Positions 1 to 9,214 of a stretch of DNA of 64,000 bases are shown one piece after another (position 1 is the stretch's first letter; each line of letters starts with the position of its first letter). The notes beneath the pieces were generated by a model. The model was not told the origin of the DNA, ran no database searches, and saw only the letters and a program-made list of their open reading frames with translations. Origin of the DNA: Clostridiales bacterium (GTDB taxonomy: Bacteria > Bacillota > Clostridia > Oscillospirales > Oscillospiraceae); assembly GCA_029268065.1 (NCBI GenBank), contig JAJUHC010000009.1:4934-68933 (forward strand), written 5' to 3'. The position numbers and the translations under genes are program-made.

Positions 1-179
1 ACTGATTATACTACTTCCGATCCAATAATACAATATCTTATAATGAAAAATATTTTATTCATATTATTGCCCGTTTAGTTGAGAACAACCAAAAGCAAAA
101 CAGACGGCCGCGTATTTTCCTCTTATTTAGTGTTAATATATATATTCATACCGTATAACACATTTTTCATTCGCCGGAG

Positions 180-1439
180 ATGAAACTGATGCTGACATTT
201 AACGATCTTTACGGAAAGCTGCTAAAATCCGCCGCCGAAAACAACGGTAAAGCCTCCCTCGCTGAGCTCGGCGGCGTCCTCTTCGACGAGCGGCAGCTCC
301 AGTGCCTCCTCCACCCGGAAAGCTCCGCGCCCGTCATAAAAACTGAAAACTGCGCCTGCCCGGACGGTGATGAGCAATGCATAAGAAAATGCATCTTCGG
401 AGCGATAGTCAGGGATCGGGGCGGAGATATAATAATCGACCCGCAGCTCTGCACGGGCTGCGCCGAATGCATCGAGGCCTGCAAATCGGGGAAGCTCACG
501 GCCAGCCGAGACATACTGCCCGTGCTTTACGCTCTCAAGAACTCGGACGGTCCGGTTTTTGCAATGATAGCCCCTGCGTTCATCGGGCAATTCAGCGCCG
601 AGGTGACTCCCGGAAAGCTCAGAAGCGCCTTCAAAAGGATGGGCTTCCGCGGAATGGTCGAGGTTGCGCTCTTAGCGGACATTCTGACTCTAAAGGAGGC
701 GCTGGAGTTTGATAAAATGGTGCCCTCGCAGCGCGATTTCCAGATAACGAGCTGCTGCTGCCCCGTCTGGATAGCCATGATACGCAAGGTTTGGAAGCAG
801 TTTCTGGCTAACGTGCCCGCCGCCGTTTCGCCCATGATCGCCTGCGGACGCTCCATAAAGCGGCTGAACCCAGGCGCCACCACGGTTTTCATCGGACCCT
901 GCATCGCAAAAAAGGCTGAGGCGCGCGAAAATGACATAGCGGATGCCGTGGATTTCGTCCTGACCTTTGAGGAGGTAAGGGATATATTTTCCGTTTTGGG
1001 CATAGATCCCGCCAAGGAGCCCGATGACGAGCGCGACCATTCTTCGAGGGCGGGCAGGATATACGCCAGGACGGCCGGAGTCAGCGAAGCCGTTAAAAAC
1101 ACGGTGCTTCGCTTAAACCCCGACCGTACTGTGCCGGTCGAGGCCGTGCAGGCGGACGGAGTCGCAGCCTGCAGGCAGCTTCTCGCGGACCTCCGCGACG
1201 GCAGAATAAAGGCGAATTTCATAGAGGGCATGGGATGCCGGGGCGGCTGCGTGGGAGGGCCAAAGGCCTTCCTCCCGGCGGAGGATGGGCGCATGAACGC
1301 GGACAGATACGGCGATGAAGCCGAACACAAAAACCCTCTTGACAACCCCCACGTTCCCGCGCTTTTGAACCGGCTCGGGCTTCAAACCGTCGAGGAGCTT
1401 CTTAATGACACGGAGATTTTCACAAGAAAAATTGATTAG
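180..1439 (+). CDS. [FeFe]-hydrogenase-like protein (ferredoxin-like Fe-S N-domain plus H-cluster domain)
   Basis: 419-aa ORF. CTGCAECIEAC 4Fe-4S motif. H-cluster-like signatures TSCCCPVW, GPCIAKKAE and EGMGCRGGCVGGP. Confidence 0.8.
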   Translation: MKLMLTFNDLYGKLLKSAAENNGKASLAELGGVLFDERQLQCLLHPESSAPVIKTENCACPDGDEQCIRKCIFGAIVRDRGGDIIIDPQLCTGCAECIEACKSGKLTASRDILPVLYALKNSDGPVFAMIAPAFIGQFSAEVTPGKLRSAFKRMGFRGMVEVALLADILTLKEALEFDKMVPSQRDFQITSCCCPVWIAMIRKVWKQFLANVPAAVSPMIACGRSIKRLNPGATTVFIGPCIAKKAEARENDIADAVDFVLTFEEVRDIFSVLGIDPAKEPDDERDHSSRAGRIYARTAGVSEAVKNTVLRLNPDRTVPVEAVQADGVAACRQLLADLRDGRIKANFIEGMGCRGGCVGGPKAFLPAEDGRMNADRYGDEAEHKNPLDNPHVPALLNRLGLQTVEELLNDTEIFTRKID

Positions 1440-1563
1440 CCCCCTGCCGGAGCATCAAAAAGGCCTGGAGCAGGTATTGCATATTCTTCATAACCTCTTT
1501 TGAGGAAAACACTGCCACTCCAATCAAAAATATGGTAATTCAGTCGAATTGCGGCGAAATATG

Positions 1564-1592
1564 TTGAATTTTATGATGATTGATAATATAAT
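1564..1592 (+). promoter_or_regulatory. sigma-70-like promoter TTGAAT-17-TATAAT upstream of the GGDEF-EAL gene
   Basis: Hexamers read directly, with a 17-nt spacer, in an AT-rich intergenic region. Confidence 0.4.
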
Positions 1593-1663
1593 TGGCATAT
1601 AAACATAATTATTCCGCCGCAGAGCCTAACTCTTCGCCTTTCGGGCAGAGTTACCGCTTTTTC

Positions 1664-1691
1664 CACACTCTGCCCCGTCAGAGTGTGTTTT
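1664..1691 (+). terminator. leader terminator/attenuator hairpin
   Basis: CACACTCTG-loop6-CAGAGTGTG followed by TTTT. It lies about 60 nt before the ATG at 1749. Upstream GGGCAGAGT (1643-1651) can pair with the 5' arm instead. Confidence 0.4.
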
Positions 1692-1748
1692 GCTGCAAGG
1701 GGTATTTTGCGTAATAATTAAAACATAAAACGGACTTCAGAGGCGTAT

Positions 1749-4118
1749 ATGGACAACAGTATTTTCATGTTGGTATACTTGGCAGTATCTTTCACGGTCT
1801 GCGTTTTAAGCGTAATTATAGCGATTTTCAGGAAACGCACCCACCTCGTTATATTTGCCCTTTCCTTCGTCTATTTAAGCCTGAGCGCCTATCTCTTTTC
1901 AATCCAGAACGAGAAAAACCTCATAATCTCCGTCGTGTCCGGAAACATTATTTGCCTGCTCGGCGTACTGATGCTTTTCACCTCGATAAGGGCCTATTTT
2001 GAGGAGGGCATCCTTTGGCCGAGACGCTTTCTTGCATACATAAGCGCGCTTCTTCTCGCCGTTATGTACACCACCATTGTGAGCTATGACCTTCCGCTGC
2101 GCTCTCTCCTTATCGCGGCCGTATACGCCTTTGTTTTCCTTGATTTCCTTATTTTCTTAAGATACCAGAAGATGGCTCCGCTCATCAGAATTCTGCTCGC
2201 CGGCGCTGTGCTTATCAGCTCCTTCATGTATGTAGCGAGGGTGATACTGCTGTTTGCGCTTTCCCCCTCAGGCGTTCTTCCGACCTCCTCAGCCCCCTCC
2301 AATTCCTATGTGTTCATCTCTCACACCCTCACATCGTTTCTTTGGTTTGCCGCCATCATACTTATCGACGACAACAAACTGGCTGAGAAGCTGAACGCAA
2401 ACGAGGAAAGATACCGCCTGCTTGCCGAATCCGCCTCGGACGTCATATGGGTTTACGACATAAATGGCGAGCGCCTCAGCTATGTCAGCCCCTCGGTCAT
2501 CAATCTCTGCGGTTACAAGCCCGAGGAGATTATCGGGCTGAGCATAATGGACACAATATCCGGTGAATCGTGCGAAAGCTGCAGGAAGTATTTTGAGGAA
2601 GCGTCAAGTGAGTTTTTTCAAAATAAGGTGCAGCCGAACCCCCGCTATATTGAGGTGCAGCAGCGCTGCAAGGACGGCAAGCTCAAATGGGTTGAGCTTT
2701 CACTGAGCTTCCGCTTCGGCGGCGGGGGCGAGCCGGAGATAGTCGGGGTGAGCCGCGACATAGGCGAGCGGAAGAAGAAGGAGGAGCTCATCGAATACCT
2801 GAGCCTGCATGACACGTTTACCGGGCTCCTTAACCGCAACGCGCTAAAAAGCATGTTCATGGAAGACAGTTCCTCCTCTCAGCCTGCGGGAGAAAAATCC
2901 GTGATATTCGTTGACATAGACAATTTCAGGGTCGTAAACGACTCGCTGGGGCACGCGTCGGGGGACTGCCTCATTTACGAGATAGCGTCAAAGCTCAAGG
3001 CCTGCGTCGATGGCCACGGGCTTGTATTCAGGTATTACGGGGACGAGTTCATAATCGTTGTAAATTCTACGGACAGCGACCTCATAAAAAGCATATCTCG
3101 CGAAATACAGTCTGCGATCAGCACGCGCATAATGCTGGGCGACAGGGTCTTCTATCTTACCGCAAGCATAGGCTACTGCATCGGTCGTAAGGACGAGGAT
3201 ATGGAAAAAACCATAGTGAACGCCGACACGGCCCTCTACGTCGCAAAAAGGGCAAAAAACAGCATATGCGCCTTCAATTCCTCGATGGACAGGACCAAAA
3301 CACGCGAAACTCTGCTCGAGGAGGATATCCGGAACGTACTATTCAGAAACGAACTCGTGCTTTATTATCAGCCAATAGCCGGGCCAAACGGCGGCGTACC
3401 AAGCAGCTCGGAGGCGCTGCTGAGGTGGGAACATCCCGAGCTTGGCAGAGTATCCCCCAATGATTTCATACAGATTGCCGAGAGGACCAGGCTCATAATT
3501 CCCATCACCGAATGGGTCATTGCCGAGGTATGCTCTCAGATAGTCAAGTGGAAGGAAATGGGACTTCCGATGACCGTGGGCATAAACCTGTCACCGATAT
3601 GCATAGTTAACCGCGAAGCGGAGTTCCGCAATTACCTGCTCGGCACGCTTCACAAATTCGGACTGGAACCCGAACGCATAAAGCTCGAGATTACCGAGGA
3701 TACCTTTATGAAAAACCTTGATGAAACCGTAAGCGTTTGCGGGGACCTCAAGGCGGCCGGAGTCGGCCTGGCTCTAGACGACTTCGGCACCGGCTACTCC
3801 TCCTTTGGGTACATAAAAAACATACCCCTAAATTATATAAAGCTTGACAAGTCCTTTATTGGACTCATCGATTCGGACAGGAAGGAACAGACGATAGTAA
3901 GGGGCATGATCGGAATAGCGCACGGGCTGGGGCTGACAGTCATAGCCGAGGGTGTCGAAACTGAAACACAGCTCAGGATGCTCTTCGAATACGGCTGCGA
4001 CTTCATTCAGGGCTACTATTTTTCATGCCCCCTCTCGGCTCCTGATTTCGAGGAATACTGCCGGAGCGGCGACGCCTCGGAAAAGCTGAAGCGTATCGCC
4101 GATAGAAATTCACATTAG
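1749..4118 (+). CDS. multi-pass membrane PAS-GGDEF-EAL signalling protein (c-di-GMP turnover)
   Basis: 789 aa. Hydrophobic N-terminal ~200 aa. GGDEF-region motif reads YYGDEF. EAL-domain motifs EALLRW, DDFGTGYSS, KLDKSF and QGYYF are present. Confidence 0.85.
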   Translation: MDNSIFMLVYLAVSFTVCVLSVIIAIFRKRTHLVIFALSFVYLSLSAYLFSIQNEKNLIISVVSGNIICLLGVLMLFTSIRAYFEEGILWPRRFLAYISALLLAVMYTTIVSYDLPLRSLLIAAVYAFVFLDFLIFLRYQKMAPLIRILLAGAVLISSFMYVARVILLFALSPSGVLPTSSAPSNSYVFISHTLTSFLWFAAIILIDDNKLAEKLNANEERYRLLAESASDVIWVYDINGERLSYVSPSVINLCGYKPEEIIGLSIMDTISGESCESCRKYFEEASSEFFQNKVQPNPRYIEVQQRCKDGKLKWVELSLSFRFGGGGEPEIVGVSRDIGERKKKEELIEYLSLHDTFTGLLNRNALKSMFMEDSSSSQPAGEKSVIFVDIDNFRVVNDSLGHASGDCLIYEIASKLKACVDGHGLVFRYYGDEFIIVVNSTDSDLIKSISREIQSAISTRIMLGDRVFYLTASIGYCIGRKDEDMEKTIVNADTALYVAKRAKNSICAFNSSMDRTKTRETLLEEDIRNVLFRNELVLYYQPIAGPNGGVPSSSEALLRWEHPELGRVSPNDFIQIAERTRLIIPITEWVIAEVCSQIVKWKEMGLPMTVGINLSPICIVNREAEFRNYLLGTLHKFGLEPERIKLEITEDTFMKNLDETVSVCGDLKAAGVGLALDDFGTGYSSFGYIKNIPLNYIKLDKSFIGLIDSDRKEQTIVRGMIGIAHGLGLTVIAEGVETETQLRMLFEYGCDFIQGYYFSCPLSAPDFEEYCRSGDASEKLKRIADRNSH

Positions 4119-4121
4119 CTA

Positions 4122-4150
4122 TTGACCTTGCGCAAAAAGGCTCCTATAAT
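4122..4150 (+). promoter_or_regulatory. near-consensus promoter TTGACC-17-TATAAT
   Basis: Read directly, 4 nt after the stop of the EAL gene. Confidence 0.45.
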
Positions 4151-4202
4151 GAGTGGAAAGCTGTTTTTGTCTTTCTCGGCGCAGGAGTTTTATACTTTGA
4201 AG

Positions 4203-4236
4203 GCTCCGTGCCTCATGCACGGGGCTTTTCGTCTTT
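4203..4236 (+). terminator. intrinsic terminator
   Basis: 9-bp GC-rich stem (GCTCCGTGC/GCACGGGGC), 5-nt loop, then TTTTCGTCTTTC. Confidence 0.5.
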
Positions 4237-4290
4237 CACTGCGCGCTGGGACGCAGAATACCTCCGTTTTTTCCGCGGACTTTATATGAG

Positions 4291-4770
4291 GTGATTATTT
4301 TGGAATTTCGCAGAGCCAATCCCGTAGACATACCTTCGCTTGTGGAAATGCGGATACTGTATTCGCTTGAGACCTACGGCGGGCTTTCCGAGAGCTTTGA
4401 GAGGCGGATGAGGGCGGAGCTGCCTACCTACTTTGAGAAGCACCTCAACAGGGATCTTTTCGCCTACGTCGCCTTGGCGGACGGCGAGGCGGTCTCGACC
4501 GCCATGCTGCTCGTTGAGGAGAAGCCGATTAATCCGGCGCTGCCGGACGGCAGGACGGGGGTAGTGCTCAACGTGTTCACAAAACGGGAGCACAGGAGAA
4601 AGGGCCTTGCCCTGAAGCTTATGGAAATGCTCGTGCGGGATGCGTGCGAGTCCGGGATCGATTACATTGAGCTGAAGGCCACCGAATCCGGCTACCCTCT
4701 CTATAAGAAGCTGGGCTTTGACGAAAAAAATCATAAAAACACCTATATGACCTATAATTTTGTTCGCTGA
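4291..4770 (+). CDS. GNAT family N-acetyltransferase
   Basis: 159-aa ORF with the acetyl-CoA-binding-like segment REHRRKGLALKLM. The true start may be TTG at 4300, behind the GAGGTGA RBS. Confidence 0.75.
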   Translation: MIILEFRRANPVDIPSLVEMRILYSLETYGGLSESFERRMRAELPTYFEKHLNRDLFAYVALADGEAVSTAMLLVEEKPINPALPDGRTGVVLNVFTKREHRRKGLALKLMEMLVRDACESGIDYIELKATESGYPLYKKLGFDEKNHKNTYMTYNFVR

Positions 4771-5057
4771 TCAACAACTCGTCTGCCGCTTCTGTTTGGC
4801 GTCCGGTCATATATCGAAAAATTGGCCGCGTTCAATGGGGACTGTACTCTCGGGCGCGGCTTGAAATTTAGGGAATACACTGAATGGTGCACAAAACCCT
4901 ATTCCCATTTTTGTTAATTTTTGTTGAAAAAGAGTCTATTTATTATTGATTCAAAGTGCTATTATTTCTCTGCCACCCGACCTCGAGTCTAAAAAAATAT
5001 TTATTGTATAAACAGCGTCGCAGAAGCAATATTATCTGTTGTAAAGAGGGGCTTTTT

Positions 5058-5378
5058 ATGGAGCGCAGCGATATATTCAGAAAAATACTCGATACGGAGC
5101 AGGAGGCCAAACGTCGGCGCGAGCTGGCCGTTGCCCAACAGGAGGGACTGGACAAATTCCTTGCCGAAAAGGAAGCCGAGCAGCGAAGGGAGAGCTATGC
5201 CCGGGCCGACTCCGAGATTGCCGCCGAGGAAAACGCCTTCAGGGCTTCAGTGGATGCGGAGCTCCAAAGGCTCCGAAAAAAGCACGAGCGCGACCTTTTG
5301 AGTATACACACAGGTTTTGACAGGAAACTGGATGAATGGGTCACAACGCTTTTTGATATTGTTGTGAGGAACGACTGA
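5058..5378 (+). CDS. V-type ATPase peripheral-stalk-like coiled-coil subunit (G/H-like)
   Basis: 106 aa, charged coiled-coil composition. AAAGAGGGG RBS. Stop overlaps the start of the next ATPase gene. Confidence 0.5.
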   Translation: MERSDIFRKILDTEQEAKRRRELAVAQQEGLDKFLAEKEAEQRRESYARADSEIAAEENAFRASVDAELQRLRKKHERDLLSIHTGFDRKLDEWVTTLFDIVVRND

Positions 5379-6415
5379 TGGGAAGCTCGGAATACATTGC
5401 AGTGGGCTGCAAGGTAAAGGCTCTTTACGGAAGACGGCTGAAGCCCGAGGATTTTGAGCGGCTGAACTCCATGAAATCGGTGCCCGAAATAGCTTCCTAC
5501 CTGCGCTCCTGCCCCGGATGGCAGGGCGCGATGGAAAACCTGTCGGAAAACGAGGTGCACAGGGGCGAGCTTGAGGACGCGCTCAAAATACAGGTTCTTG
5601 AGGAGTCCGCAAGGATTTACAGCTTCATGACTTCGAGTTCCAAGCGCCTGCTTCTCTTCTTTATTCACCGAATGGATTTAAACCGCATACTTGCCGCTCT
5701 CCGGCGCATTCAGTCGGGCTCCGCAAGTGTGCCGACGGCCCTCGCGACCGATTTATACAGGAGGTACAGCCGCATAGATCACGAGGCTCTTGACAGGGCG
5801 TCGGATTTTCTGTCCCTGCTTTCCGCCGTGCAGGGCAGCATCTTTTACGAGCCGCTCCGGGCGCTCATTTCCTCCGAGGCTTCGGGAACTCCCGACTACA
5901 CAAAAGCCAGCCTTGCGCTGCTCGGGGTCTATTACGTCAGCATGTATAAGACGATAACTTCCTGCACGAAGGGCGGCGAAAGGGAGCTGCTCCTGAAGGA
6001 GCTCGGAGGCAGCGTCGACCTTACCAACGCCGTAAATGTCATGCGCGTGAAAAAATACTATCCTGGGAGCGAAGAGAGCGTCTACTCGCTTCTGATACCT
6101 AAGTTCTTCAGGCTGAAGCCCTCTTTTTTCAAAGCTCTTTATGAGTCTGCGGACATGGCCGGCGCTTTCGCTCTTCTTGGAGCCTCGCCTTACGGCAGGC
6201 TTTTTTCCGAAAATCATTTTGAATACATCGAGCAGTATCAAATGCTCTGGAATTATACCTTTGACAGAAAGCAGCTTTTGTCGGGAACCCAGACCGCCTA
6301 TACGCCCATAGCCTATATCTCTCTCAAAATGTACGAGATGCAGAGGCTGATCAATATAATCGAGTGCGTACGCTACGGACTTCCGCCGAGCGAAACGCCC
6401 TACCTTGCGATATGA
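5378..6415 (+). CDS. ntpC: V-type ATP synthase subunit C (d-type)
   Basis: 345 aa. Position and size in the V-ATPase operon. Family resemblance from memory. Confidence 0.7.
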   Translation: MGSSEYIAVGCKVKALYGRRLKPEDFERLNSMKSVPEIASYLRSCPGWQGAMENLSENEVHRGELEDALKIQVLEESARIYSFMTSSSKRLLLFFIHRMDLNRILAALRRIQSGSASVPTALATDLYRRYSRIDHEALDRASDFLSLLSAVQGSIFYEPLRALISSEASGTPDYTKASLALLGVYYVSMYKTITSCTKGGERELLLKELGGSVDLTNAVNVMRVKKYYPGSEESVYSLLIPKFFRLKPSFFKALYESADMAGAFALLGASPYGRLFSENHFEYIEQYQMLWNYTFDRKQLLSGTQTAYTPIAYISLKMYEMQRLINIIECVRYGLPPSETPYLAI

Positions 6416-6467
6416 CGGACCTTACGATCATGTTTACAGATAAATCATTCCCGAAGGGGGAGAGTCA

Positions 6468-8426
6468 ATGTCGGTAGAAAAGATGAAAATGGTAACGCTT
6501 ATCGGTCCGAAGGAGCAGATTGAGACTGCCGTGGAACGATGCGTCATAAACCGCGAATTTCACCCCGAAAACGCGCAGTCGGTGATAAGGAGCAACTATC
6601 TGAAGGACTTTGAATACGAGGGGGAAAGAGCGGCCGGCGGCAAGTTCAAGGGACCTGTTCCCTTTGAAGTCAAAAACTATTTTTCCGACCTTCTCGCGAA
6701 GGTCAAAAACCTCGCGCAGAAGATGCATATCAAACCGGAATACAGGGATTTTACGAGCTCCGGCTTTTCTTACGAGGACACGAGGGAATATATTGACTGT
6801 CTTACCGAAAGGCTCGACGCCCTTGAAAAGGAACGCAGGAGACTTTTGCTTGAGGCAAGCGACAACGAACAGGCTCTGAGCCAGCTTCAGCATATCCACA
6901 ATGTGGATCACGACATGGCGAGATTCACAAGCATGGAATATGTCAAGTTCCGCTTTGGGCGCTTCCCGCGCGATGCGTACGACGTCGCTTACGAGTCGAT
7001 TGCCCAGAGAACAGATATGTTTTTCCTTGAAACCAGCGTGGAAAAGGACTTCGTTTACGGGCTGTGCTTCGTGCTCCCCAGTGCCGAGGAGCGCGCCGAC
7101 GCTTTCTTTTCGACGCTTGGCTTCGAGCGTATTTGGCTCTCGAGCCGCGTTACCGGAACGTCCGAGAAATCGCTCCACAGCCTGAGCCAGACGAACGAGG
7201 AGCTGAGAAGCAAGGCAGACGAAATCGCAAGGCAGATATCCGAAATCAGCGCCGCAGAAAAGGAAAACCTGCTCCTCAGGTATTCCTACATACGCTTCAT
7301 GAACGAAACTCAGGAGATTGTGAGGTTTTCGGCGCACAGCGACGAAATATTCTACCTCATAGGCTGGGTGCCCGAGAGCTCCTTCGAGGATTTCAGGAAG
7401 AACGCCGAGAGTATTCCCGGCTTTTACTGTCTGCCCTCGGACGCAGACGACGTTCACTCCTTCGATCCGCCCATAAGGCGCAAAATGAGTTTTCTTTCGA
7501 GGATCTTCTCTCCCTTCCTGGAGATGTACGGACTCCCCTCATACAAGGAGGTAGACCCCGGTTTCTTTATGGCTCTGACCTACACGGTTATTTTCGGCAT
7601 AATGTACGGGGACGTCGGGCAGGGACTCTGCCTGCTGCTTGCGGGGCTTCTTGTCTACAAGCTGAAAGGCGCCTGGATGGGCAGAATAGTCGCCTGTCTC
7701 GGTTTCTCTTCCACGCTTTTCGGCTTTGTCTACGGCAGCGTCTTCGGACTCGAAAATATTCTGCCCGGTTTCAAGGTTTTGGAAAACGGCAACACACTTC
7801 GCATACTGCTTGCGGCGGTTGCCTTCGGAGTGGCCCTGCTTGTCTTTTGCATGGGCATCAATATAGTAAACGGCATAAGGCAGAAAGACGTCGGCAAGAT
7901 CTTCTTTTCGCCTAACGGCGTCGCAGGCGCCGTCGCCTATGTCTCCACGATAGCGGGCGCGGCTGCGCTGTCCCTCTTCAACGTTAACCTTTTTACCCCG
8001 CTTTACGTTTTCCCGCTCATCGTTCTCCCTCTGCTCGTGGTATTCTTCAGGGAGCCTTTAACGAAGCTCTGTAAGGGTGAAAAGGACTTCATGCCCCACA
8101 GTATTGGAAGCTTCATCGTCGAAGGCTTTTTTGAAATGTTTGAAACCCTGCTTTCCTACGCATCCAACACCATTTCCTTTCTCCGCGTAGGCGCCTATGC
8201 GATAAGCCACGCAAGCATGATGATGGTGGTCTTTCTTCTCGCCAAAACCGCTAACGGAGGGCATAATATCCTCGCAGTCGTGATAGGGAACCTTTTCGTG
8301 ATGGGTCTTGAGGGAGTTTTGGTCTGCATACAGGTGTTAAGACTCGAGTTCTACGAAATGTTCGGCCGTTTTTACGAATCAGGCGGCAGGGCGTTTGAGC
8401 CCCGGTTCATAAATTATTCAGAATAG
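6468..8426 (+). CDS. ntpI: V-type ATP synthase subunit I (a-type membrane stator)
   Basis: 652 aa. Soluble N-terminal half plus a polytopic C-terminal half containing the conserved LRLEFYE-like segment. Confidence 0.85.
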   Translation: MSVEKMKMVTLIGPKEQIETAVERCVINREFHPENAQSVIRSNYLKDFEYEGERAAGGKFKGPVPFEVKNYFSDLLAKVKNLAQKMHIKPEYRDFTSSGFSYEDTREYIDCLTERLDALEKERRRLLLEASDNEQALSQLQHIHNVDHDMARFTSMEYVKFRFGRFPRDAYDVAYESIAQRTDMFFLETSVEKDFVYGLCFVLPSAEERADAFFSTLGFERIWLSSRVTGTSEKSLHSLSQTNEELRSKADEIARQISEISAAEKENLLLRYSYIRFMNETQEIVRFSAHSDEIFYLIGWVPESSFEDFRKNAESIPGFYCLPSDADDVHSFDPPIRRKMSFLSRIFSPFLEMYGLPSYKEVDPGFFMALTYTVIFGIMYGDVGQGLCLLLAGLLVYKLKGAWMGRIVACLGFSSTLFGFVYGSVFGLENILPGFKVLENGNTLRILLAAVAFGVALLVFCMGINIVNGIRQKDVGKIFFSPNGVAGAVAYVSTIAGAAALSLFNVNLFTPLYVFPLIVLPLLVVFFREPLTKLCKGEKDFMPHSIGSFIVEGFFEMFETLLSYASNTISFLRVGAYAISHASMMMVVFLLAKTANGGHNILAVVIGNLFVMGLEGVLVCIQVLRLEFYEMFGRFYESGGRAFEPRFINYSE

Positions 8427-8461
8427 TAATAAAAGATTTGAATACTTTGGAGGAAAAAAAT

Positions 8462-8893
8462 ATGGAATTTCTGATAGCTCTTGTTATGGCCGCAATGGTC
8501 GTGCTCCCTCTAATAGTGATAGGCCGAAGGGTAAAAAACGGCAAAAAAAGCAAGCTCCCGCTCGTAGTCAACCTTTGCTCCTTCTTCGGCGTGTTTCTGA
8601 TAACCTCAGTCGTGTTGCTTTCGCGTTCCGTCCACGCGGCTGCCGTGGCGGCTGAAACAGTCTCCGCCGCGAGCGGGCTTACGACCGGTCTCGGGTACAT
8701 CGGCGCGGCGCTTGCCGTTGGCATATCCGGCATAGGCGGCGGCATAGCCGTTTCCGGCGCGGCCTCCGCGGCGCTCGGCGCCATCTCGGAGAACGAAAAG
8801 ACCTTCGGAAAATCTCTTATATTCGTCGGTCTTGCAGAGGGCATCGCGCTTTACGGGCTGATAATCGCCTTTATGATCTTTACAAAGCTGTAA
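8462..8893 (+). CDS. ntpK: V-type ATP synthase proteolipid subunit K (c-ring)
   Basis: ATG at 8462 behind a GGAGG RBS. The C-terminal hairpin has a Gly-rich helix and GLAEGIALYGL containing the carboxylate. Confidence 0.8.
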   Translation: MEFLIALVMAAMVVLPLIVIGRRVKNGKKSKLPLVVNLCSFFGVFLITSVVLLSRSVHAAAVAAETVSAASGLTTGLGYIGAALAVGISGIGGGIAVSGAASAALGAISENEKTFGKSLIFVGLAEGIALYGLIIAFMIFTKL

Positions 8894-8905
8894 GCCGGTG
8901 ATCTG

Positions 8906-9214
8906 ATGAGATACTATCTTATCTGTGACAACACCGATACGCAGACCGGTCTTCGCATGGCCGGCATCGACGGGGTCGTGGTCCATGAGAAGTCGGATAC
9001 GGAGCGGTGCATCGCGGACGCAGTAGCCGACGAGAGCGTCGCGGTGCTTCTGGTTACCGAGAAGCTGGCCTCGCTCTGCCCCGCCCTGATAAACGACATA
9101 AAGCTGAATTACACAAGGCCGCTGCTCGTCGTCATACCCGACAGGCACGGCACCACGCGTCCGCCCGATTCCATAACCAGGCATATCCGCGAAGCGATAG
9201 GAGTGAAGCTGTAA
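8906..9214 (+). CDS. ntpF: V-type ATP synthase subunit F
   Basis: 102 aa. Size, position and the LLVTE motif typical of subunit F. Confidence 0.75.
   Translation: MRYYLICDNTDTQTGLRMAGIDGVVVHEKSDTERCIADAVADESVAVLLVTEKLASLCPALINDIKLNYTRPLLVVIPDRHGTTRPPDSITRHIREAIGVKL

Noticed and set aside
6465-7457. 330-aa minus-strand ORF and several plus-strand alternative-frame ORFs inside ntpI
   Set aside because: They overlap the V-ATPase subunit I gene, whose frame gives a complete and typical protein. No RBS or operon logic supports them.
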